A stretch of DNA of 64,000 nucleotides, taken from assembly GCA_021613535.1 (NCBI GenBank), contig CP075494.1, positions 1,984,001 to 2,048,000 on the forward strand, given 5' to 3'. Made by a program: the position numbers and the translations under genes. Source of the DNA: Adineta vaga. Its lineage: Eukaryota; Animalia; Rotifera. The notes beneath the pieces were generated by a model, which saw only the letters and a program-made list of their open reading frames with translations, did no database searches and was not told the origin of the DNA. Shown here piece after piece: positions 1 to 12,621 of the stretch. Every line of letters begins with the position of its first letter. Within the stretch, counting starts at the first letter, position 1.

Positions 1-803
1 TTTTGTCTCATAATGCTTTATCATTCTAATGTATTGACTTCAATCCGATTGCCCTTCGGTATCGATTTGATTTGAGGAAGTAGATATAAATTTGTTTGAT
101 AAATAAAATAAAGCAGCTTTTAGTACAAATGATGTTACACAGTTATGATGTATATTTTTGGACATAAAGGCATGTTATTCGATAGTATCGGAAGATTCTT
201 TATCAATAGACCCTTCAGATGTATTAAATGTATCAACAGAGAAGTGATGATAAAGATGAACATCTTGCTTATGAGTGATACGGGTGTGGATGTGAGTGTT
301 GAAACATATTAATACTTACACAGATACTCACCCAAGAGGGAAAAAGCAACTTGTGATTTATGTGGTTTAAACGATTTAAATCAGCTTTTCCCCCTTGTAC
401 TCACCCACACCCTTTTTCAGGTCAATATGCACCAGACGATAGAACAGAAACTTCGCTGATACTGCAATTGATGTCTAAGCGTTTCTTTTAAATTTAAATA
501 AAGAAAATCTACTAACTATTACATCTTTTGTTTCCCTGGATTTTTTTCCTATTGTTTTTGTATTAGAAATCAACTTTTCCGGTAAGTTTTCCGATTCATT
601 TAGTGTTTTCTTTTCTTTTTCTTTCGTCGTCCGTGATGCGCGTGTATGCATGTTGACAACGCAAAAAAAGAAATAACCATTTCACAATCCGTAGTGAGAC
701 GACGATAGCATTTTTTTTCAATATAAGTAGAGAGCACTATACTAAATCGTTACTTCTTCTTTCTTCATCATTCTTCGAGAAATTATTTCTCGTGCACATT
801 ACT

Positions 804-1421
804 ATGCCGACATACAAACTCTATTATTTCAATGGTCGTGGTCGTGCTGAAATAGCTCGTTTGATATTTGCTGCTGCTGGAGAGACATTTGAAGATATTC
901 GATATGAACGTGAAGAATGGCCATCACATAAATCCGAAATGCCATTAGGTCAAATGCCAGTTCTCGAAGTCGATGGTGTGAAATTACCTCAATCAATAGC
1001 AATTGCTCGTTTTCTTTCTAAACAATTTCAACTTGCTGGTAAAGACAATCTTGAACAAGCCAAAGTTGATGCCGTTGTTGACACAAGTATTGATTTAGCT
1101 ATGAAATATATACCAATTCATTCTCAACAAGACGAAAGCAAGAAAAAAGAAGAAACAACAAAATTTCTTGCTGATGAACTACCGAAACATATGAAAAACT
1201 TTGAAACTCTCGGAAAGTTATATGGCGAAGGTGGTCAATTTTTTGTTGGAAATCATTTGACTTTTGCTGACATAGAAGTCTATGATATGTTAGGATATGT
1301 TATTAAGATCGATGACAAGATTCTTCAACCTTATCCTTGGTTAGAACGTAATCGTCAAGAAGTTGAAAAAAATCCGAGAATTGCCAAATATCTTATGAAT
1401 CGAAAAGAAACACCATTTTGA
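804..1421 (+). CDS. Glutathione S-transferase, sigma class (intronless)
   Basis: [17 protein letters not shown]-terminus with catalytic Tyr, [12 protein letters not shown] and QSIAIARF motifs. True ATG is at 804; the ORF track starts at an upstream GTG. Confidence 0.95.
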   Translation: MPTYKLYYFNGRGRAEIARLIFAAAGETFEDIRYEREEWPSHKSEMPLGQMPVLEVDGVKLPQSIAIARFLSKQFQLAGKDNLEQAKVDAVVDTSIDLAMKYIPIHSQQDESKKKEETTKFLADELPKHMKNFETLGKLYGEGGQFFVGNHLTFADIEVYDMLGYVIKIDDKILQPYPWLERNRQEVEKNPRIAKYLMNRKETPF

Positions 1422-1905
1422 AACAAATCGTTCAATAAAACTTAATAACTTTTTTTCTCTAGTTTGTAGACTTGACTTTTATATAGTTTCCTCGGCTGTA
1501 GGGACGATGTGGGTGTATATTTTATACTCTTATGAACACTACACGCCCACACCCATCCTTACACACACCCACCCTCAACTTGTATAAAGTAAAATTGCAT
1601 TCAACTAGAATGAAAATCTTTTAAAAGAATGTGTTATTAACTAAAACAATAGATAAAATATTTTTGTATCATATCTTTATCATCAAAACTATCCAACGAA
1701 CTGGAATACATAAGAAATAACTTTATGATATAACAAATAATTGAATGGATTATATTATTAGGGTAATGCATGGTATCTCAACCACTTTATTCGCGAACAT
1801 TTTCAAAGCGATAAATTCATTTTTAAATAAATGATTGAAAATGAAAAGAAAACAGAAAAAAATCTTTATCTTATAAGTTTTCCTTTGATCAAGTCCGGTC
1901 TGGAT

Positions 1906-4662
1906 CTACTCGGCGGGCTCAACCACATCCTTATCTTGAAGCTGTCTTAGATAATCGATAGTATCTTGAGTGTCTTTCCAGCGTGAATTATCTTCAGGGC
2001 TACAGATTTGCATCATATGTAAAGCAAGTTCGAAATAGTACAATGCTTTTGAATACTGATCCATTTTGAAATATACAATACCGATATTTTTGTAACAAAC
2101 CGCCGAATTCATATTATTTGAAGTATCCATTTTTTCGCTAACTTCGCATGTTTTTTCATAGAATAAAACTGCTTGAGAATAATTTTCATTTTTCTCATAT
2201 GATCTAGCGATTTTATCATAGCAAATAAACAATTTGTTATATTCTGAAGAAGAATATTTTTCAACAATGTCAAGAGCTTTGTGATAAAATAAAAGTGCAT
2301 TTGTATCTTCTCCGAGTTCGCCATATAATGAAGCAATCTCTCCATAATAATCAGCCAATCGAGGATCATCTAACGGAAACATTTGTTCTCGAATAGTAAG
2401 TGCTTTCATATAATATATAAGTGCTTCGGAATATTGTTTCATCTCGCGATGTATTTTTCCAACTTTTGTACAAGTAAACGTGTAATTTTTATCGTTGGTA
2501 AGAAGATTTTTTTCTATTATTGTAATATAATTTTTATAATAGAAAATTGCGTTAGAATAATCATCTAATTTTTCATATAACCGAGCAATGTTTAAGTAAA
2601 TAAAACTTAGATCGCGATGATATGGAGGAAGAGTCTTTTCGGCAATTTCAAGTGATTTTTTTATAAAGTCGAATGCTTTCGAATACTCACCGGTGTCTTT
2701 ATATGTCAGACCAATATTATGATAATAGAGTGGTAAAGTTGGATGCTTTGAGGGTAGAATTTTTTCGTAAATATGAATCGATTTTTCATAAAACGAACGT
2801 GCTTGATAAGGATCTTTCCTTTGATGATATAATGAAGCTAAATTACCATATGACTGGGCTATATCAGGATGATTTGGATGAAGATATTTTTGTCGAATTT
2901 CTAGGATTTTTCTTTGAAACCAAAGTGATGGACATGATTCTTTTAAATCATCATCAACTGAATCGATATGGTTACATGAAGTTGTTGAATAAGAATTATT
3001 TAAGCATAACTTTTTTTCGAAATCTTTAAGTGATTTCTCATAGAATAAAAGTGTGTCTGGAGATATCTCTTCGTCTTGAGAATATTCGATATGTTGAATA
3101 TTATATTTACGAATCTTTTCCAAATCAAATGTTAAATCATTCTTATAAGAGGCAATTGTTTTATTATCCTCGCTAAAATTTCTGTTTACCACAGTAATTT
3201 CATCATTGGAATCAGAATGATTCGAAGAATTTGTTGTTTTGTTGAGTTGTGTGATTATCAAATGATACCACATAGACATTTTTTTATCACCTTGATTAAA
3301 TTTGATAAATGCAAGTTGACCATAATAATGTATCATATCATCAACATCAGTTGTCTGTTTAAGTAATGTATTATAAAACTCTTCAGCTTTTTCAAATTGA
3401 CCAATTTTTATTAATAAATTACCTAATCGTTTCCATCCTAGTTCATCTGGAACATCTTTTGATAGCCAATCAGTCAATACAGAAAGTTCTTTATCATTAT
3501 CAGCAGTTAATTGAAGTTCTATTTCATAGAGTTGATTATTAATTTGTTTAAAATCTCCAATACGAAATACAGTATGCATAGAAAAGAGAATTTCTTTTTC
3601 GTCTTCAAAAAAACTATGTTTTTGAATAGATGCGAATGGTGTTGTTGAAATCGAAGGATCAATAGATATACTAAAGAGTATTCCAATTGTATCAGGAGCT
3701 GTAGATGCACTGAATGCAAATATGAACGAAACTTCTTTATCTTTACTAGTTGACAAGAAATTATTAAACGATATTAAACCATTTTTTGCTTTAATAATTT
3801 TTTCAAAATGTTCTTTAGATAATCCTTGTCCTCGATAAACCTTAAATGATGTTCCATTATAATTATCACGTTGTTCATTATATAATTGTTGAATTTGTTT
3901 ATGTAAATCATGGATAAAGAAACCCATTTTAATAATAATATCAGTTTCTAAAGTACGAAGACTATAATTAAGCATTGCATAGATAAAAGCTGGCCATGTA
4001 TACCACCAAATAGATGATCGATTATGATATTCTTTTTCGAATAAATTAATATTTGTTACTGATCCAAAATTATTATCTCGACAGAATTTAATAAACTCAT
4101 CAATTGAATTATTATTATAATTCATTTTCAAAAGAATATCTTTGAAAATCTGTGAATACATAAATGTAGGTTCTAATTCATTTAGATTTTTACTTTGATT
4201 AATTTCATTGAGCGAGATAACACTGGTAACGATAGAATCTTGATTGCTTTGCCTTATCATTTGTTCCAATGTAGTACATAGAGGTGTAATTGCAGAAAAA
4301 GTACTTTTTATCTTTGACCATTTTTTTATCCATTCATCAGACAAAATATTTGTAGGAGAAAATATATAAATTTGATAGAGTTGAGGTAGATCATGAATAA
4401 GAGGAATGATTTGTTGACCAGTTGTATCACTGACTATCAAAAGTGTTTTCATATCATTGAATTCAGTGAAAAAATCAACACATTCATCTGGATTGGTAAA
4501 AATATCGATCGTATCGACTATATTTCGTAAATGTTTCAATGTATTTTGATACTCTTCATTTGTTTCATCAATATCACTATTGAGCCAAATAATTAAATAG
4601 CCTTGAGCTATATATCGTCTCAAACGTCGACAATCAATTGAAGATGTTTTATGGTCATTCAT
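1906..4662 (-). CDS. ADP-ribosyltransferase-domain and TPR-repeat protein with N-terminal receiver-like domain
   Basis: R-S-E ART motifs VYRGQ, FLSTS and EDEKEILF, followed by many TPRs (e.g. HPDIAQSYGNLASLY). Single 918-aa ORF. Confidence 0.88.
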   Translation of the reverse strand: MNDHKTSSIDCRRLRRYIAQGYLIIWLNSDIDETNEEYQNTLKHLRNIVDTIDIFTNPDECVDFFTEFNDMKTLLIVSDTTGQQIIPLIHDLPQLYQIYIFSPTNILSDEWIKKWSKIKSTFSAITPLCTTLEQMIRQSNQDSIVTSVISLNEINQSKNLNELEPTFMYSQIFKDILLKMNYNNNSIDEFIKFCRDNNFGSVTNINLFEKEYHNRSSIWWYTWPAFIYAMLNYSLRTLETDIIIKMGFFIHDLHKQIQQLYNEQRDNYNGTSFKVYRGQGLSKEHFEKIIKAKNGLISFNNFLSTSKDKEVSFIFAFSASTAPDTIGILFSISIDPSISTTPFASIQKHSFFEDEKEILFSMHTVFRIGDFKQINNQLYEIELQLTADNDKELSVLTDWLSKDVPDELGWKRLGNLLIKIGQFEKAEEFYNTLLKQTTDVDDMIHYYGQLAFIKFNQGDKKMSMWYHLIITQLNKTTNSSNHSDSNDEITVVNRNFSEDNKTIASYKNDLTFDLEKIRKYNIQHIEYSQDEEISPDTLLFYEKSLKDFEKKLCLNNSYSTTSCNHIDSVDDDLKESCPSLWFQRKILEIRQKYLHPNHPDIAQSYGNLASLYHQRKDPYQARSFYEKSIHIYEKILPSKHPTLPLYYHNIGLTYKDTGEYSKAFDFIKKSLEIAEKTLPPYHRDLSFIYLNIARLYEKLDDYSNAIFYYKNYITIIEKNLLTNDKNYTFTCTKVGKIHREMKQYSEALIYYMKALTIREQMFPLDDPRLADYYGEIASLYGELGEDTNALLFYHKALDIVEKYSSSEYNKLFICYDKIARSYEKNENYSQAVLFYEKTCEVSEKMDTSNNMNSAVCYKNIGIVYFKMDQYSKALYYFELALHMMQICSPEDNSRWKDTQDTIDYLRQLQDKDVVEPAE

Positions 4663-5316
4663 ATTAATTATAATTTAGTTGATTTGAAACGATGAGATAT
4701 CAAAATTATTCTTGCTTTCTCCTTAAGTCAAGATGGAGAAATAGCTTTTTGTTTTTGATATATGCAAATCAGTCTTTTAGCGACCAGATTGTGTTCGTTT
4801 CTTTTTCTTTTTGCCTTCGTCAAATATATGAAAGAATCTTCTCGAATAACATTCTTTTTGCTTCTGCTCTCTTTTTAATGCAATACCTTTTCCACAAAGT
4901 ATTGTTGGATGAGGAGGAAAGAGAAATAATCATATGCATATCTTCAGATCCTCACATTTACACACGACGCCCTGTATCCCAATTGCTTACATGTTCTTTT
5001 CTAACGTGTAACCCATATTAAGTATATACACGAGAGACTAAAGGATCAGAGACTTTTTTACTTCGAGGGATGAAAAAAAAAGAATAGGAACGAAAAGAAT
5101 ATTATTACTGATAATATTCTTTAAGAGCGTGAGTAACAGAAGATATGAGTACCCATACCCTTAAATAATACATAAAAGACGTTCTTTTGTAAAAATATAT
5201 ATTATGCTCTTTCGACGTTGTTTTAAACTTGAGAAAAATTCGGAGTGATGAAAATAATGACAAGAAGAATCAACGATCAAAATTACATCATTCTAATCGT
5301 TTTTTTTAGAAAATGA

Positions 5317-5386
5317 TCAGTAACACAATTACAAGATTTATGAATTGAATTAATCTTTTATATATTCGATTATTTATACATGTTAA
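5317..5386 (+). pseudogene. F-box gene fragment
   Basis: Translates SVTQLQDL*IELIFYIFDYLY, close to PVTRLEDLSNETIYDIFDYLD in the F-box gene at 10295-12303. It carries a stop and ends at a telomere-like element. Confidence 0.7.
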
Positions 5387-5448
5387 ATCTTGAGGGTGAG
5401 TGTAGAGAAGAGAAAACGCAGCCCCACCCACACCCACACCCTCAAGAT
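5387..5448. repeat. Short palindromic telomere-like element (best-preserved copy)
   Basis: ATCTTGAGGGTG...CCCACACCCACACCCTCAAGAT with perfect 12-bp inverted termini. Confidence 0.85.
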
Positions 5449-7010
5449 CAAGAATTTTATGCTTATTATTGTAAATTAGTTTCACATTGGTCATCTTTTT
5501 TACCGCCATTATTTCAAGATTCTTCGAATAAATCTAATTTTACATTAATTACAAGATTTATTGTTCGAGATTTGTATAATTTTACATTGTATTCTAATAT
5601 ACTTGACTTTATGAAAACGATATCCTATTTGATACCGATGTTACTTAAATTAGCTGATGTGCAACAAGATGAAACTCAATTAAATGCTTATCGTTGTTTA
5701 GGAAAGATCATGATTGAAGAAGATATTAAAACAATGACCAATCCAAGTAAAATAGCGACAATCTACGTCAAATTTATCACTGATTCAATTGATGATCCAA
5801 AGAAGAAAACTCGATTATGTAGTTCATTAGATAGTTTAAAAAGTATCTAATGTTTTTTTTTCTGTTCTGTCATAAAATTCTAATCAATTTGTTTCTAGAT
5901 TGGGTTCAACACGATCAAGTCAAAGTTGATCTTATCAATCAAAACATTCTTCCTCTTCTCGTTCGTATCATCGTGGAAACAAAATTCGATCCTATCAATG
6001 TACAAAAACCAGCTCTAGAAATTCTTCTTGCACTTTCTTTCAATAATCATGCAGTTTCATATCTGAAAGATAATAGAAACTTTATGAAAAATATTCGAAA
6101 ATTATCTACGGATACGAATTCAAATCTTCAACGTGTTGCTGAAGGTCTTCTGTGGAAGTTGGAAAAAGAAACAGAAGCTGTTGCTAAATCACTGACAATA
6201 ACACGTTCCTATCAATATGATATAATGATTAGTTATTCGCATAGTGATAAACAATTATGTCATTCAATACATGAAAGACTTTCCCGAGATGGATTTCGTG
6301 TTTGGATTGATCGAGATCAAATGCATGGATCTACAATGGTGGCTATGGCAGATGCAATTGAAAACTCAGAAATCATTCTCATTTGTATGTCCGATGCATA
6401 TAAACAGAGTGTTTATTGTCGATCAGAAGCTCATTATGCCTTTGAAAAGCAATGTTATCTCATTCCATTAGTTATGAAATCGCGTTATAAGCCAGATGGA
6501 TGGCTAGGAATTATTGTTAGTGGTAAAATTTATATTGATTTTGCGAAGAATGAATTTAGTTTAGGATATGAAAAATTAAAAACTGAAATTAAACAATATC
6601 GTCCAAATAAATCATCTGTGGTTAAGCCAGAAAAAGAAATTTCACCGTTGACTGACAATTTTCTTTGTGCAATAAATCTACCACATTGCATCCTTCAATG
6701 GACGAATGAACATGTTAAATCATTTTTCATCTCTATTGGACTCAGAAATACTTTATTTATAATCTGTATGAAATTAAATGGTCATCGTCTTCTTCAATTG
6801 TACGAAATGTGTATGATGAATCGAGAATCGATGTTTCAAACATTGAAAAGTGAACTGAATGAACAACATCATACATCATTTCCAATTGCTGATTATCTTA
6901 CGTTTCTTGATGAAATTAAAAAATATGTACCATTACATACTATCAGAGTACAAACAGCAACAACAACACAATCAGATTCTATTTCATCCGTTGTTTGTAG
7001 CGTTATGTAA
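5449..7010 (+). CDS. ARM-repeat, TIR (TIR_2-type) and SAM-like protein, SARM1-like; 5' end missing or replaced
   Basis: ARM-like helices, TIR box YDIMISYSHSD...FRVWID...YCRSEAHYA with the catalytic Glu, C-terminal SAM-like region, ends CSVM. Intron at about 5843-5898. Confidence 0.85.
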
Positions 7011-7012
7011 TC

Positions 7013-7071
7013 ATCTTGAGGGTGTGGGTCTTCTTATGATTTATACTTCCATCCTCACCCATATCCTCTAG
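7013..7071. repeat. Telomere-like palindromic element
   Basis: ATCTTGAGGGTGTGGG...CCTCACCCATATCCTCTAG, starting 2 nt after the TIR gene stop codon. Confidence 0.7.
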
Positions 7072-7922
7072 TTTTCTGATGAAAAACATGAAATGAAGAT
7101 TGGAAGCGAATCAGAGAGAAAAAATCCAGTTTGATTGTGTTTTGTAAAAAGAAGAATATGATTACACCACAAACGTGTGTTGCGTGACGAGGTTAAAAAT
7201 ATTGTTTTTTCTACCCTATACTCAACTCTTTCTTTTTGCCTATCAGCCATTCACGAGCAAAACAAGTTGACTTACACGTCTTTTTCCCTTCATAACAGAA
7301 TAAACGCAAGGAGAAAAAATTGATATTTTTATCTGAAAATTGTCAAATCCAACTGTTTTTTATCAATTAAAGTTATCCTCTGTCAATATCAGCAAAACAC
7401 TATAGCTACATCTCTGAACCTTTTTTACAAAAACTGAATACTGAAACGTGAGGAGGGCCATTGCTATTATACAGTATGAATAAGATAAGATTATGAAATA
7501 ATTGAAACGTTTAAAATAAATCAGTTTCTATAAAGAACAATAATTATATGCGAGATGCTCTCAGTATGAAATCTATTTACGTTCTATTAAAAACATTTTC
7601 TAATAATAATAATAATAATAACTCATAGAATTGTTTGCCTGATTCGTAACTGGTTCTCGTACATGTATGTACAGTAGAAAGAAAAATAAGATTATTCATT
7701 TTTTTGTCAAAACTCAGAATTAAACCGGCTTGTTTACCGGTACTGACTTTTTTGCACTGCTAGAAGTAATAATATGTTCTATACAAACAGAAAGCGAACA
7801 GTATAAAAGTATTTCTCAATTTGTTTTACTTTCATGACCTTGAAAGCACTTTATGAGTGTAATAAGAACTCTATTATAACAGAATATATTGAGACGATTT
7901 AATCAATATCTACTGCAAGAAC

Positions 7923-10152
7923 ATGATGAATCGGTCAAATGATGATCTAACTTTTTCGACTATTAACGTCGATGGAATTGATGATCAAGCTCCAATAGTG
8001 TCGAATATACCATCATTTGTTATCTATAGAATGGCTTGTAATACACTAAATTCTGAATCCAATGACAATCAACAACAAAATCAATCGAATAAGATTGGAT
8101 CTTTTGAACGACAATTATCGCTACTTGATCCATCATCTGATCGTGTTAGTACAATTCTTGTTTGGCAACATTTAACTGTAACATCTCGTGAACCAAGTCA
8201 TAGAGAATTTTTCAAAAAAGTCAAATCTTGTAATAGATATGTTTCGAAACGAAAATGTTTACTTAACAATGTTAGTGGAGCTATAACTGGTGGATTATGG
8301 GCAGTTATGGGTAAGTTATTTTGACTTTGATTATGAAAAATATTAAAAAATAAATAAATATAGGTCCATCTGGTTCTGGAAAATCTACTTTATTAAATAC
8401 ATTAGCATGTCGTTTGGATGTGCATACAATCGTACAAGGTGAAATGCGTCTCAATGGAGCACCCTATGATAATGCTGAATTAAAACGTATTGCTGGATAT
8501 GTTATGCAAGATGATTTACTCAATGGATCATTGACTGTAGAAGAAACATTAATGTATACTGCTGAACTTCGTTTACCACGTGAATTTACATATAAACAAC
8601 GATGTGCAAGAGTTGAAGATGTTATGGCTGATATGGGTTTGACACATGTTCGAGATGTTATTGTTGGTACACCAATGAAAAAAGGTATTTCAGGAGGTGA
8701 ACGTAAACGTTTATGTGTTGGTATGCAATTGCTCAATCGTCCACAATTACTTTTTCTTGATGAACCAACATCTGGTTTAGATTCAGTAACAGCACTCGAT
8801 CTTCTTCGAACATTTCATTCACTTGCTCATGGTAAACTACCAGAAAATGCTGTAACAATTGTTTGTTCAATACATCAACCTCAATCAAAAATATTCAATC
8901 TATTTGATTCATTGATTCTATTAAAAGCTGGTAATATTATCTACCAAGGTCCTAGAGCACAAGCCATGGTAAGAAAGAAATCTTTCTCAAATATTTCCTT
9001 TTCGAATTTGTTTTTCTTCTTGTAGGAAACATTTCTAGAAGCTGGTTTTCCATGTCCATTATATACAAATCCAGCTGATCATCTTCTTGGTGTGATTACA
9101 CCTTCTAAGAAAAATTCATCAATCGAAAATGACAAAATCCCTGCTTCTGAAGAAGAACAAGCTGCGATTGATAGGTTGATTATTAATACACAATCACCGA
9201 TTACAATTGATTTAAATATGGGTGCGCATAAACGTATTGGTCAAATGAGTAATTTACCACGTAATCCAGTATGGCATAAACAAGTACGTATACTTCTGCG
9301 ACGTAATTTTCAAGAATATTTACGTGAATCTCAAGTTATGATAACATCACTTATTCAAACAGTAATTATTGCTGTTTTAATCGGAACTGCTTATTTACAA
9401 ATTGGTCAAACACAAAAGAGTACTGTTCGTCGTCAACCAGTTCTTTTCTTTTGTGTTGTTAATCAAGGTATATTTGGTGCATTAATGGTTATTAATTCAT
9501 TTCCAGTAGAACGTGCATTAACATTACGTGAACGTGCATCAGGTACCTATCTTTCAAGTGCATATTTTACAGCAAAAATTCTTGCTGATACACTTGTTCA
9601 AATTCCAGTACCGATTATATTTGTAAGTTACATTGTCTAATATCTTTTTGTTTTTATTCGTTTCGTTGAAATTTTTAGTCATGCGTTGTTTATTTTATTG
9701 TTGGACTTCAAGCAATGCCTGGCAAATTTTTTCTTTTCATGCTTTTTATGATTCTTTGTTCTCTATCGGCAACTTCATTGGCACTGATGATCTCTGCTCT
9801 ATGTAAAACAACTGACATGAGTGTCACTATTCTACCAATGGCATTAGAAGTATCTCGTCTTTTTGGTGGCTTCTTCTTATCTCCAGCTAATTTACCAAAA
9901 TATTTTTCATGGCTCGATGCACTTTCTTATGCCAAGTATACATACGTTGGTATAAGTCTTAATGAATTACAAGGTCTTGTTTTATCTTGTGTTGATGCTG
10001 GAACGAGCACTTGTATACCGAATGGTGAAACAACAATCAAACAACTTGGTTTAGATTATATCAATATTGGTGGTTGTATCGGAGCATTATTAGCATTCAT
10101 AATTTTCTGTCGAGTTATTGCTTATCTCGGTGTTCGATTTCTCAAACATTAG
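7923..10152 (+). CDS. ABCG (white-like) half transporter, 4 exons
   Basis: Walker A MG/PSGSGKST split by an intron, signature ISGGERKR, Walker B LLFLDEPTSGLD, H-loop SIHQP, then an ABC2 membrane domain. Confidence 0.93.
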
Positions 10153-10294
10153 GAATGATTATCAAACAAACGTTTTATTTTTATTTTTTTTTATCTTAAT
10201 CGTGTGAGAGTTGTGAAAATTTTATGTCTATGTTTTTTTGTCAAAAATACAAAATAACAAAGTTGATTGATTCGTAATTTTCAACCTCAACATA

Positions 10295-12303
10295 CTATCG
10301 CCATAGATGTAGTCGATTCTCGTCAATGATTACAAGCCAGTCATTCAGTAATCTTTTTGCTTGAACCATGATATTCAATCTATACAAATAACCTCGATCA
10401 TCAATCACAATGTACAATGATATTAGATTTGGAGCAATATCACTGTTTTTTGCTGTTAATAATCGTACGATTGATGCAGGACGATTTGCACATTTGTCAA
10501 TTTCGCAACGTTGTATTCGAGGACATAAATTAAATAGTAATTGAACTTCTTCTAATTGATTTATTTGTTTAATTTCTGCATTTCTGATAATATTTGTCTT
10601 TGATACTGTTTGAAAACTTTCACTATTTTCAATTTCGTCAATTTCCCTTAAGTCGATTATAATCCGAGAAATTTTTACTGTAGAAATATTTGGTGTTAAT
10701 GATAATAATTGAATCACTTTTCTAAATGAATAGTATTCGGATAGAATATCAAGTGTAGAGAGATTTTGTAGAGAAATTATTTGTTTGAGAGTAGTTAGAA
10801 TCTGATTTGAGTTATTACAAGAAATATTTTGAAGAGTAAGATCAGTAGTATTAGGAAAATGATGAATCCAATTCTCAATCGATTTTGTACTTGAAATATG
10901 AAGATGACGAACCGAATTGAAATTGTTTTTCTGATCATCTAAATGAGTAAGTTTATCCATTTGCCATAGAAATTTATAGTCTTTTCGTCTTTAAGAAACA
11001 TATAAATGAATATTTTCTGTTATCAAAATAGACGTCTACATTACCTGTACGGATTTATTGAATAGAAAACCATCTGATGACGTTTCTGAGAGAAATGAAC
11101 TCGAAGAACAGTATATTGACTATGAAAAAAAAATGTGAGAAAAATATATTTTTTGGTTCAATCTTTTCGAAAACATACTTAGCAAAAAACCATTGTCGTT
11201 CAAGCCAAAATGAAGAATTAAATTCATAACAACGTGATGCATGTGATTGATCACTCAATCCATTAATATAGATATCAAAAATGCGTAAAAATGGCATAGA
11301 AGATAATATGAATTGTTCCCATCGATTAGCATTTATATACTCATCACCATTTCCTATTGTAATATGTAATACTTGAATTGAACGAAAATATCGTTTGATT
11401 AATAGTTCAAAATCATTGAAACTAACACCATTTAAATTGATAAATAAATGTGTAAGATGATTCAATGGAATGGGCTTGTCTAATTTTGTAATTGGAATCA
11501 TATTACCAACATCATTGAGTGATAAACGACGAAGTTTTGGAACATATGATAATATATTAAGTACATATTCAAAATGAATTTGATTTTCTATAACAAGTTG
11601 TTCAATTGGACTGAATTCAGTTGTAGCGAATGATATTTTATAACTTTCAGATAAGTTCATTTTAAGATATTTTAAGAAAGGTAGACGAAATATTTCAAGA
11701 AAATGATTTCGTTGATACGTCTGTACATCACAAAGAATAATAATTAATGTGGAGAGATTTGATAGGGAGGAAATTTCCTGAAAAATATTGTCTACAAATC
11801 GCAAATTGATATTTTCAAGGATAAGTGTTTCTAATCGAGTAAAACTTGATAAAATATTATATGGAGGAACATTAGGAGCAGGACTAGGATCATTTGTTAT
11901 ATTAAATGAAATGATTCGATCTGAACAAGGAATAACAATATCATTATAATAATGTTCAAGATTGGATCTTGAAATTGATGAATTTATATTGATTTTAATC
12001 GAAAGTTTCGAATAAATCAAAAGATTTCGAAATCGTATATTGAGGTTGAAGAAAGATTGATAAACATGAAAAAAATCAAGATAATCAAAAATATCATAAA
12101 TAGTTTCATTTGATAAATCTTCTAAACGTGTAACCGGTCCTTTAGCTATGTCACCAACCAAGTTAGGCTTGACTGTCTGTACTAAAACATATAAAAAAAA
12201 ATGAAAATAATGATCAAATATAACTTTTACTTGTTCGTTTTTTTCGTTTTGTGTCGTTAAAATTACGAACACTGGTATTCTGTGGTCTCTTTGTTGATTG
12301 CAT
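10295..12303 (-). CDS. F-box / LRR-like protein (rotifer-expanded type), multi-exon
   Basis: F-box-like LEDLSNETIYDIFDYL followed by LxxLxL repeats and ANRWEQFI...LRIFDI. ATG at 12303 splices in frame into the 11055-12272 ORF. Confidence 0.8.
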
Positions 12304-12621
12304 ATGACATTATCTTAAAACAACAAGAACACACGTGAATATATAGAACTGATAAAAATATATGATTACATGGTGATGGTGAAATAACAAGTTTATTGAG
12401 AAAATTTTAGAAAAATTAAATATTTTTTATTTTGAATTTAAAAAACACATTCAATTATTCCATATGAGTTCTCATTAAAAACACGGAATATTTTTTCATA
12501 CACTTGTGCAATTTTTATGAATCATCTCTCCTTTATAACGATGTGTTGAATCATTAAAATAGTTACATTTTGACTTTATAGAGGTTTATAAGTACGTCAA
12601 ATTTCCTTGTTTCAGTTTTGA

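Noticed and set aside
1-260. Possible minus-strand coding remnant at the window start
   Set aside because: Contains stops and no recognisable motif; cannot be supported.
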